Below, piece after piece: positions 36,186 through 47,122 of a stretch of 64,000 bases of DNA (positions within the stretch are counted from its first letter, which is position 1; each line of letters opens with the position of its first letter). Both the position numbers and the translations under genes were made by a program. The notes beneath the pieces are model-generated. The model saw only the letters and a list, made by a program, of their open reading frames with translations. It made no database searches and had not been told where the DNA came from. Origin of the DNA: Macrostomum lignano (taxonomy: Eukaryota); assembly GCA_002269645.1 (NCBI GenBank), contig NIVC01001751.1, positions 178,127 through 242,126 on the forward strand, given 5' to 3'.

Positions 36186-39100
36186 TTCGCTATACTTCAG
36201 CTATAAAAAATTGGAGTCAATCAACTGAGACTGCGATTTGCTGTGCTATGTTTCAATTTTTTCAACGAATTGCTGTAGTTTTCTTCTTCGTACGGCAGGA
36301 ACGATTGGAGGGCAGCGACTATTAGCTCACCAAGGGCTCCAAAGTGGGGCCATTGAGTCCTGTTTTTTAGTTTAGATGCAGCTGGCCCCACAGTCGAGGC
36401 TTTTAGGACTGCAAAGCTGGGGTGAGAGAGTGGGCGCATGTGTGCTCAAAGTAAATCACCATAATCTGAGTCGCCAGTCTGCCCCGGTTGAGAACTCCAA
36501 ACTGTACTTGCCCCCTGCAGCGTTTCTCTTCTTTTGCCGCCCTGTGCTCTGCAGTGTCTGCATCCCTTCTCTCAGGGCTGCGCTCTGTGGGGGGGGGGGA
36601 GGCGGCTACGCTGTACCCTTGCTGTGTATTGAGCAGGGCTGGCTTGGTTTTATGAGAGAGTTTGGGTGGGTAAGAAGAGCAAGAGTAGTGGCGAGAGGCG
36701 AGTATACGCGAACGTACGCGATGTTGGTGTACACTCACTTGGCCAGGAGACGAAAAACTTACACCCTTGCTCTCTTCACCATTGCCAGGACAAACACCTA
36801 CTACTCTCAGCTCAATTTTATAGCCTGAGAAAAACTCAGACTTGAATCTATAAAGGATAGAAGAGCTCAATGCACAACAAAGCTGACTAGCCCCCAAAAA
36901 ACTATTCTGTTGTTATATCAACAGGCTTAAATTGTGCATTTGATGGGGCCAGCAGGGTGGGACCTGCTCATCCAGATTCCAGACTGAGAGCCAAAAATGG
37001 CACCGCAGATTGTTGCAGCTTCTTGCGCGGGCGGACCCCCCATTGTAGGGGGGGGGGGGTAATGTTTTGACTCTGGCTCATTAAAGAGAAAAATGAGCCA
37101 CTCGAGAGCTACTGCATTTTCTGCCCATTGCAAAGTATTCCTCAATTAAGTGTAGCTCTTCCAAAAGAGACATTCTATACCAACGAAAAAGATAGTAATA
37201 AACAGGAATGGAACTAATTTTTTTCCGTCTAGGCGCCAGAATTATGATGAAGCACGCTCGAGTTTGGTAAACAAGCTAAACTGCTTTGAGACGAGGCAGC
37301 GTCGAGTGTAAGGAGAGCCAACGGGTTTTTTGGTGTAGAACCTTAGGCAGGGAAGCCCTGTATCTTTGACTCGTTGAAAAATAAATGAAATGTGTTGCAA
37401 ATCAATTAGTCTTACAAATATGTTATTATGGAAGCTAATAGGGCAGTAGCAAAGTTATTGCTCATCCATGATACGGTTGTTGCTCAGTGGTTAGAGCCGG
37501 CTGATCGGCCGATCGAGAGAACTTCATCAAAGACGGCCTCCAGCTTTTTGCACTAAATTGATCATATATATCTCTCCAAGGATCAAAGATATTAAAGTAG
37601 AACGTCATTCACGACGCCCCAGTACCAATGCATTCATCCTCCTTCTGACACACCCATTCGAGGCTATGCAGGCATCGGTTCTACGTTCGTATGGATATTA
37701 ATATATATCATAAATAAGCACAGTTACAAAAATATCATTATATGGCTCGTACGAGCTATGTTCGAAGCTGCATTCAAAGAGTTCAAAAGTACAAGTGTTA
37801 AATTATTAGCCAATTTCTATTCAAAGTACACAGGGCTCTAGAATATTCAGACGCGCGTGCCCTCCCCTCGACTGGGAATTCGGTGTTCGATCTCCGATTT
37901 CCGAACATTCGGAACCCTGCCGCTCGAGCTTCATCCCCAATTCCCGAGACACGAGATAATGAAATTTGCCAACTTATCAATCGATTGCTATGCACAGCAG
38001 TAGGTATATAGTAATTTTTGGGCTAGTTGTAATGAGAAGAAATGTTACTCAGACTACATGCAACGACGGACTCCATAAGCAGCTAGCTATACTTGTTTTC
38101 TCATACGCCGACTGAGTCTGTCTTGGAACTTGGGAGCGAACTGCAGTCAGATTCCCACGGGGTTGTATAATGTATGTGCGAAACTGCACCCCACGAGTTC
38201 CTGAACCCTGACGAGAGTTGAATAAGTGCTATAATAGCTTTGTACACATGAAAGCTATATTTATTTAGCCTTTGCACACAAGCTACTTTCAGTTCAGTAG
38301 ACAGTTTAACAGAAGCACCATATTGTATTTTAAGACCCGGCCCGTTATAATTGGCTCTTATTACCCCACCCCACTATAGCTTAACACCCCCATCGCGTCC
38401 TCCACACCAAACTTTTACCCCTAGTCCCATGTATTCTTCCTTGCTACTGAACTCGAGAGTTGAACTGTTTTACTAAGCATATTACTCTGTATTCCTAAGT
38501 ACTCAACCATGCATTGAGTGGTTCAACCATGTGTTTACATACGTCACTCGCTGCGTTGGTGGACAGGAAATTGATGGTTAGATGTCTCAAGTTGGCCAAC
38601 TGACACTGTCTTGTCTCTGTTTTTCATTTTACTCTTATGTTCGTCGATATGCTGTGTTTTATCCCTTTGTCGAAATGGAATGTGACTTTGTTTCTTTTGA
38701 ATTTCAAATCTGCGCATGTGCGTCACTCGGGGACAACTTTGGCCACAGACAGTCTGAATCGAAGTTCTTCTGTTTCAATAGAAAGGGACATTGTTTGATT
38801 TGAATTTCCGCAAGGGCTGATATTTCTTAAAGTGTTTGAATTGAAGTTCTGCTTGTTTCTTTTGAACAAGACTTTGTTCAAAATAGGAGGTAAAATGGTG
38901 TAGTAATCTCGAGTTCTAAATATTTAGATAGGCACAGCAACCAATCAAGAGAGGAGCCAAGGGGGTCCCCAGAGCCCACCCCCTGCCAAAGAAACCTTTG
39001 AACGATGTACTTTTGCTGTTGGTGTTGCATAAACTGCAAATCGTCGGCGATACAATGTAGATACCAGCTCGTTTATCATGCCTAGATGTGCCACTATTAC

Positions 39101-40200
39101 GAGTAGTAGTACTCTGCGCTCACAAGCGGTGTTATTTGCGCAAAACATAATACAGGAAAATACAAAAAAGATTGCTAAGGAATGAAAAAAACATCTCTTC
39201 TCACCATGTTCTTAAATTGCTACTGCAGTATCAAGACCAAATTTCGGTTGAAAAAATAATAACCGATAGTAGTAACACATATATATATAACAGCAGATTT
39301 AACGTTTAAAAAAACTGAAATACGAATTTTAGCAATTGAATGCTGTGTATTTTTGGTAGGCGGATACAACAATAGAAGTACACATATCATATCGCTAATG
39401 ACAATTCTGTATAGAAATAAAAATGAGAGTACATTAGTTTAAAAAACAGAGGGCTAAAAACGAACAGACCGCACGCCGGTCATAAATAATGTCTACTCTC
39501 TCTCTCTCTCTCTCTCTGGAGTAAATAAAACAGCCTTCCTGACACAGAAGAACACTCACAGAGCGCCCTGCTCTGAAAAATGAAATATTTTTATCACCAA
39601 TAATAATTAGAATCGTATATTCATAAGGATATACATGTACACACATACATACGGTACAACTAAAATCTAAATGATTTCCATCTCTACACTAATTATACTG
39701 TACAAGCTTAGGGTGCAGAAGTATAGAGAGAAGCAGAAGCATTGGGTGCAGCAGAGTATTGCTAAGGAGAAGCTGAGCAATGGATCTTTTTAAACTCTGC
39801 TTGTTCATCTCACTCTAGAATACTAGCATTAATAAAACCTGCGATTCTAAGTGCAAGAATTAACATTTCTCAATATATTTATCCATATCTATGCATTGGA
39901 ACAGCAGGTAGAACATGGGCTGCACTAAAAAAGCAGAAAAACAATATTCTCCAAGAGGGAAGCAGCGCGGAGACAGAATACAGAAATAAGCAGAGATGCA
40001 AACAACAAACAACAGAAGAGAGGGTAGCAGCTTTGAAATCTGAATCTACAGACAGAATACGATTATCTTACTATAAGTAGTCGCGTACAAAGATATCTAA
40101 AACGGAATACTTCTTTTCCATATCTACAATTTATTTAGCACAGTGCTGCAACGCATTATAGATCACTGCTCAATATCTGCTCAGCAAAGTGGGATTGTAA

Positions 40201-40401
40201 CTGGGGTCGCAAACTCCGGCCCGCTCAGGCCTTGTTCCTTCTCAGCTCTCTTTTTTCTCTTCTCTCCTCCTATCACTTTTCCCCTCTCTACCCTCTCCTC
40301 CCCTCTCACCTATCCTCTCTTTCTCCTCTCTCTTCCCCTTTCATTTCATGCGCTAAATTCTATATCTGGCCTTTAAGGTAAAACAGTTTGTCGACCCCTT
40401 G
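40201..40401 (+). mobile_element. Internally deleted hAT-type MITE copy
   Basis: CTGGGGTCGCAAACTCCGGCCCG ... ATCTGGCCTTTAAGGTAAAACAGTTTGTCGACCCCTTG, CT-rich interior. Confidence 0.7.
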
Positions 40402-40576
40402 ATTACACAATGTATACTTGTTACTAAAAGAGAAAATCCGAACCTTAAAAGTGAGTAATACAAGTCGAAAGCAGTCTAACAGCAGCAAAGCAAAGCAGCT
40501 ACTATCCAAGGACGACTTAAGTAGTAGGATTGGAAACTTTTGGGCGCCGCTGGTTATCGCGAGGAATACACTACGG

Positions 40577-40975
40577 TATGGGTCGGCAACCTCCGGCCCG
40601 CGGGCAACATGCGGCTCGCAGAGCCTCTCTATCCGGCCCTCCGGTCCTCAACTTCACATTGAGCTGCATCCGGCCCACAAGAAATCAAGCAATCCGACCC
40701 ACTCAATGTTTATGTCTCTTCTCAACACTCTTCTCTCTAATCTCCTCTCTTCCTCTCTCCTTTGTTCTCTTCTCTCTCCTCTCGTCTCCTCTTGTCTCCT
40801 CTCTTCTCTCTCCTCTTTTCTCCATTCCTCTCTTCTCCTTTATTTTCTCACCTCTTCTTTCTCTTATCTCACTCTCTCTTCTTTATTTCCTCTCCTCTCT
40901 CCCCTCCTCCCGGGCCGCAGTCAGTCTCTAGTTTCTCTTTCTGGCCCTTGAGGTAAACAGGTTTGCCGACCCCTG
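40577..40975 (+). mobile_element. hAT-type MITE with 8-bp target-site duplication
   Basis: TATGGGTCGGCAACC ... GTTTGCCGACCCCTG flanked by CACTACGG (40569-40576) and CACTGCGG (40976-40983). Confidence 0.82.
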
Positions 40976-41156
40976 CACTGCGGAGACCGGAGCAAGCAAA
41001 TTCAATGCTCATCTTTTATCATTGCCCCAGTGATTTTGTAAAGCTTGACAAAAATAAACCTGCATTTCTCGCGCAAATCCAGCCCCAGAAATGTGTCTAA
41101 GAAACGAAGCTGTCAATCCTTCTACTAAGTCGTTCTTGTTACTAACCAGGGCAAGC

Positions 41157-41291
41157 TCAATAACGGAGGCAGTTTAGAACTTCCAGCTCAGACAAAAAGA
41201 AGCCGCGGATCGAACGACATAAGCGAAGCAGAAATTCAACAGGCAAAAGAGGAGGCTCGATCACATCCTCCTGCAGATCCAGCCCGAGTTG
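41157..41291 (-). CDS. Candidate terminal exon of CDC14 (QLGLDLQEDVIEPPLL...LNCLRY*)
   Basis: Phase-0 AG acceptor and an open frame to TGA, but a weak polypyrimidine tract. Confidence 0.3.
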   Translation of the reverse strand, partial: QLGLDLQEDVIEPPLLPVEFLLRLCRSIRGFFLSELEVLNCLRY

Positions 41292-41724
41292 CTGGCGTTT
41301 TTATACAAAAGATGCGCAGACAATTACGCATATAAATAAGTTAAATAAGGTTAAAGAGTGAGTGCAGGAAATCAACATAATGTGTTACAATTTTCATACT
41401 CTTTTTCTGAAGGATCTGAATAACTATAACAGTTTAGCACTTTGCCGCAGTGCAAAGCAGTAAAGTTTAAATACAGAGTAGTGGCACATCGGGCCGTCCC
41501 CAGTCATTAGATCCATTGGATTTTTCAAGCCGAAAAACTGTTAATAATACAAAATATATCCAGTAAACTTCCCGATTGGCAAAAGTGAAATTTGTCACAA
41601 ACCTATCAAAAGTTCACACGAGCAGAGGAGACGGAACCACAGCTTAGAAGAAGTAATAGGAAGTCTTCAGTGACTGCAATGAATGGGGAGAGTTGAGGAC
41701 AATTGTGTGAGCTCATTATCTCCT

Positions 41725-42762
41725 ACTTCTTACAGACTCCTTGCTCCATACTACTGCTTACAGACTTCTTGCTCCATCCTCATCCTTAAAGACTCCTGGC
41801 TCCATCCTACTCTTTACAGACTCCTGGCTCCATCCTACTCCTTACAGACTCCTGGCTCCATCCTGCTCCTTACAGACTCCTGGCTCCATCCTGCTCCTTA
41901 CAGACTCCTGGCTCCATCCTGCTCCTTACAGACTCCTTGCTCCATACTACTGCTTACAGACTTCTTGCTCCATCCTCATCCTTAAAGACTCCTGGCTCCA
42001 TCCTACTCTTTACAGATTCCTGGCTCCATCCTACTCCTTACAGACTCCTGGCTCCATCCTACTCCTTACAGACTCCTGGCTCCATCCTGCTCCTTACAGA
42101 CTCCTTGCTCCATACTACTGCTTACAGACTTCTTGCTCCATCCTCATCCTTACAGACTCCTGGCTCCATCCTACTCTTTACAGACTCCTGGCTCCATCCT
42201 ACTCCTTACAGACTCCCGGCTTCATCCTACTCCTCGCTCCATCCTACTCCTTACAGACTCCTGGATTCATCCTACTCCTTACAGACTCCTGGCTCCATCC
42301 TACTCCTTACAGACTCCTAGCTCCATCCTACTCCTTACAGACTCCCGGCTTCATCCTACTCCTCGCTCCATCCTACTCCTTACAGACTCCTGGCTTCATA
42401 CTACTCCTTACAGACTCCTGGATTCATCCTACTCCTGGCTCCATCCTACTCCTTACAAACTCCCGGCTTCATCCTACTCCTTACAGACTCCCGGCTTCAT
42501 CCTACTCCTTACAGACTCCCGGCTTCATCCTACTCCTGGCTCCATCCTACTCCTTATAGACTCCTGGATTCATCCTACTCCTTACAGACTCCTGGCTCCA
42601 TCCTACTCCTTATAGACTCCTGGCTCCATCCTACTCCTTATAGACTCCTGGATTCATCCTACTCCTTACAGACTCCTGGCTCCATCCTACTCCTTACAGA
42701 CTCCTGGCTTCATCCTACTCCTGGCTCCATCCTACTCCTTACAGACTCCTGGCTTCATCCTA
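41725..42762. repeat. 28-bp minisatellite
   Basis: Unit CTCCATCCTACTCCTTACAGACTCCTGG; begins within a few nt of the minus-strand donor at 42769. Confidence 0.95.
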
Positions 42763-42769
42763 TCCATAC

Positions 42770-42875
42770 CTTGGCAGACAACTTGCTCACGTCGACCATG
42801 GATTGGTACTTGGAAGTTCGAAACGCAGACAGATTGAAACGGTTCGCAGAGCCCATTGTGCCAGATTCTCTCAAT
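42770..42875 (-). CDS. CDC14: Probable downstream CDC14 exon (RLRESGTMGSANRFNLSAFRTSKYQSMVDVSKLSAK)
   Basis: Strong acceptor CCATTTTGCCGCTTTCAG and donor AAG|GTATGG; phase-2 start matches the donor at 47122; frame open. Confidence 0.6.
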
Positions 42876-44389
42876 CTGAAAGCGGCAAAATGGTAGTACA
42901 GGGAGGGGGGTTATTCTCCTATAGCTCTTAGTCAATGCTGCAGGAGTATAGATATATCCTAGCAATAAAGTTAAGGAACAACATAATTACTTGAATAATG
43001 ACAAAATTACCTGGCCGAAAATAAGGACACGCGCTAAATATAAATCGATTAACAAAAACAAGATTTGTTGTATATAGAAATAAACACGCAAGCAACCCAA
43101 AGAGATCCATGCCAAATAAAAATGCTATTGTGCTTGAATACTAGATAGGATAAGTCCTCTAGAAAGAACGAAAGCACGAGAGCTTAATTTTAACTATCGA
43201 TTATCTGGCTGGCCCTCAACCACCACCCCAATCTTTTCTATCCCTGCTAGCCCCACTTTATTACTGTTGGCTTGCGGTTCTTCACTAGAGGCTTGCGATA
43301 GGCTATCGATTATCGCCACCCTCAACCACCACCCCAATCTTTTCTATCCCTTCTAGCCCCACATTATCAATGCTTTCTTGCCGTCCTTCATCAGCAGTGT
43401 CTTGTGCGTTTGGGTAAGTCTATCGATTTTCCAGTTAGCTCTAGATAAAACTTTGCTATTATATAAGTACAGACTACCGCCTTCTTTAACTTTAATTGAC
43501 CTTGAGGTGCAACATGATTATATGATTATTTAATGCTTGTTCATTGAGAGATTAGTAAATTAGTGAGATCATTCATCTCAGCGAGATTAGTAAACGAAAA
43601 CAAAACATAAAACTAAAATTGACCGAACAAACAAGCAGGCAATTAATATTTGAGTACTACATAGGATACAACAGCCAATTAACAAAATTAGATAGAAATA
43701 AAACATTGAAAAAACGAACGATTCCCCGTTCAAGACAAGCCATAGGAATTTTGAAAGCGACTAAAATGAATTAGCTATCTACCGCTCCAAGAAGAAATTA
43801 AATTTCTAATTAAAGACAGAATACTCGTCCCTGAACCATGCTACTTCTACAAGTAGAATGAGGCAAATCACTTAATAGTAGAGGGTTGCACTTGTTTCTC
43901 CAAATGTATTCAACCAAGCACACGGTAACTACGGCTGCTGGTATTGAGAGTCATATCAGCAAACGCGTTGATTGTTCAAAAACAATCGGCAATAATCATA
44001 GCCTTCAAACTGCGCCATAAACTGAAGGCGATGCAATCCGATGCAGCAGGAAACACACTTACACTTTGAGAGCGCGGGATTTGGGTACTTGGTGAAGCTG
44101 ACGGGTTGCCGCCTATAGCAACCTCGATTTAGTTGTTGGCGACTTGCGCGCTGTTGCAATTCTACAAAACGCGGCACACGAGATTTACATCACGCTTAGG
44201 GCTAATATGGATTACCTCTAGAACCAGCCGATCCCCTCTAACATCCATCTACATGTACGAGTAGACTAAGGCGTTGAAGTTCATCTCGTGCTAATCTCGT
44301 GTGATTTGGAGCCGATTCCCGACAATTTATCAGCGGCAATTTCTTACGGCGATTTGGCTAAGGCGAGAAGCGATTCTCCCGGTGGTTAA

Positions 44390-45570
44390 GAGACGGTTCT
44401 CACAGTGAGTCTAAGGCAACTCTCATGGTGATCTAGAGGTGATTATCATGATGATCTAGAGACGGTTCTCACAGTGAGTCTAAGGCAACTCTCATGGTGA
44501 TCTAGAGGTGGTTCTCATGATGATCTAGAGACGGTTCTCACAGTGAGTCTAAGGCAACTCTCATGGTGATCTAGAGGTGGTTCTCATGATGATCTAGAGA
44601 CGGTTCTCACAGTGAGTCTAAGGCAACTCTCATGGTGATCTAGAGGTGGTTCTCATGATGATCTAGAGACGGTTCTCACAGTGAGTCTAAGGCAACTCTC
44701 ATGGTGATCTAGAGGTGGTTCTCATGATGATCTAGAGACGGTTCTCACAGTGAGTCTAAGGCAACTCTCATGGTGATCTAGAGGTGGTTCTCATGATGAT
44801 CTAGAGACGGTTCTCACAGTGAGTCTAAGGCAACTCTCATGGTGATCTAGAGGTGGTTCTCATGATGATCTAGAGACGGTTCTCACAGTGAGTCTAAGGC
44901 AACTCTCATGGTGATCTAGAGGTGGTTCTCATGATGATCTAGAGACGGTTCTCACAGTGAGTCTAAGGCAACTCTCATGGTGATCTAGAGGTGGTTCTCA
45001 TGATGATCTAGAGACGGTTCTCACAGTGAGTCTAAGGCAACTCTCATGGTGATCTAGAGGTGGTTCTCATGATGATCTAGAGACGGTTCTCACAGTGAGT
45101 CTAAGGCAACTCTCATGGTGATCTAGAGGTGATTATCATGATGATCTAGAGACGATTCTCACAGTGAGTTTAAGGCAACTCTCATGGTGATCCAGAGGTG
45201 ATTCTCATGGTGATCTAGAGACGATTTTAATGGTGATCTAGAGACGATTCTAATGGTGATCTAGAGACGATTCTCATGCTGATCTAGAGACGGCTCTCAT
45301 GGTGAACTAGAGACGATCCTTATGGTGATCTAGAGACGATTCTCAAGGTGATCTAGAGACGATTCTAATGGTGATCTAGAGACGATTCTAATGGTGATCT
45401 AGAGACGATTCTCATGCTGATCTAGAGACGGCTCTCATGGTGAACTAGAGACGATCCTTATGGTGATCTAGAGACGATTCTCAAGGTAATCTAGAGACGA
45501 TTCTAATGGTGATCTAGAGACGATTCTCATGCTGATCTAGAGACGGCTCTCATGGTGAACTAGAGACGAT
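44390..45570. repeat. 69-bp higher-order repeat of ~23-bp monomers, with a monomeric flank
   Basis: GAGACGGTTCTCACAGTGAGTCTA + AGGCAACTCTCATGGTGATCTA + GAGGTGGTTCTCATGATGATCTA, ~11 copies, followed by single diverged monomers. Confidence 0.92.
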
Positions 45571-46624
45571 TCCACGGTGATTTTGAGGCGACTCTCCGGT
45601 AATTTAGAGGCAATTCTCACAATGACTTATAGACGCTTCTCACGGTGATTTAGAGAGGGCTTTTTACTAACTGGGATTTTGGAATTGACTTTAGATCTAT
45701 TATGTCTATTAAGTCTATTATCTATTATTATGTGTAGTATCTATTAAGGGACAAATAGACTTTATTGAACTTATTAATTTACAAGAAAGTTCTAGCGAAA
45801 ATCGAAAATTACGGAATGGAAGAGATTACTAGTCAATTTCGCCACTATTTCCTACTCAAAGAGTCTCAGAAAGAAAACAATTATCTCACTAGTTGAGACA
45901 CATCAAGCATAGTCAGGCAAACACAGTTAAAATTGAAAAGCAAAATTTATAATAAAAAAATCAACGATCTAAAAGTCGTAGACAATAATTATGCTTCAAC
46001 TCATTATAACAGAAGAAATGATAATGAAATAGCACATATAGTCGAATAAAATAAAAATGAAAAGAGGCAACAGAGAGACACAGCATATCCTAAGCGTGTT
46101 TTAAGAAATAGTTGAAGCGCACAGAGAGGTCAGACAGACAGACAGACAGACAGGCAGGTTTGCAAGACTCATCTCTCTTTCTCTCGTGCTTAACAATTAG
46201 GAGACAAAAAGCACAGAGATGGCCATCTATTATTTGCGATTTCAAATTCATTCCGGTCTCACATATGCACTAAATGTAGGTGCAAGGTTGATGCAACGCC
46301 CTATAGCTTTTGTCTGAAGCTCGAGCTCGAGAAGGGGTAAAGCGAGTCTAGCTTTGGCGTAAAACCGGCCGCGAAAAAATGCAGGTTGAAATGACAGAAC
46401 AGAGTTAGAGAGAAGAGATAGGGCCAATAGTTTACACTGGGAAAGGTAGGAGAAACCAGTTCGAGTTTCTCTTTCGTAGCCCAGCTACCATTCATTTTTC
46501 TCTGGCATGGAACTATTTCGCACTTTTACTTTAGTTTAATAAGCTTTTAGTGACTGAAATATTCATTTATTCATTTATTCAGGGCACAAAAACTTGAAGA
46601 AAAAAGGACGCAGAGGCGATAATC

Positions 46625-47062
46625 TCAGGGACACAAAAGCGCCAATCTCCGAGGCAAGGGACGCCAACCTCAGAAACATAGGGGCGCCAATCTCAGAGAC
46701 AGGAGCGCCAACCTCAGAAACATAGGGGCGCCAATCTCAGAGACAGGAGCGCCAACCTCAGAGACACAAGGGCGCCAATCTCAGAGACACAAGGGCGCCA
46801 ATCTCAGAGACAAAAGGGCGCCAATCTCAGAGACACAAGGGCGCCAACCTCAGAGACACAAGGGCGCCAATCTCAGAGACACAAGGGCGCCAACCTCAGA
46901 GACAGGGGCGCCAACCTCAGAGACACAAGGGCGCCAACCTCAGAGACACAAGGGCGCCAACCTCAGAGACAGGGGCGCCAACCTCAGAGACACAAGGGCG
47001 CCAACCTCAGAGACACAAGGGCGCCAACCTCAGAGACAGGGGCGCCAACCTCAGAGACAGGG
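46625..47062. repeat. 21-23 bp minisatellite in a CDC14 intron
   Basis: GGCGCCAACCTCAGAGACACAAG units. Confidence 0.92.
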
Positions 47063-47122
47063 GCTTCAACAATAAAATCGACAAATCAGTAAAACTGACG
47101 GTCCACAGCAGGCTGCACTCAC

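Noticed and set aside
37480-37500. A-box-like GCTCAGTGGTTAGAGC
   Set aside because: No B box or cloverleaf follows.
44105-44122. GTTGCC-N6-AGCAAC RFX-like half sites
   Set aside because: The spacer is too long for a canonical X-box and there is no adjacent gene start.
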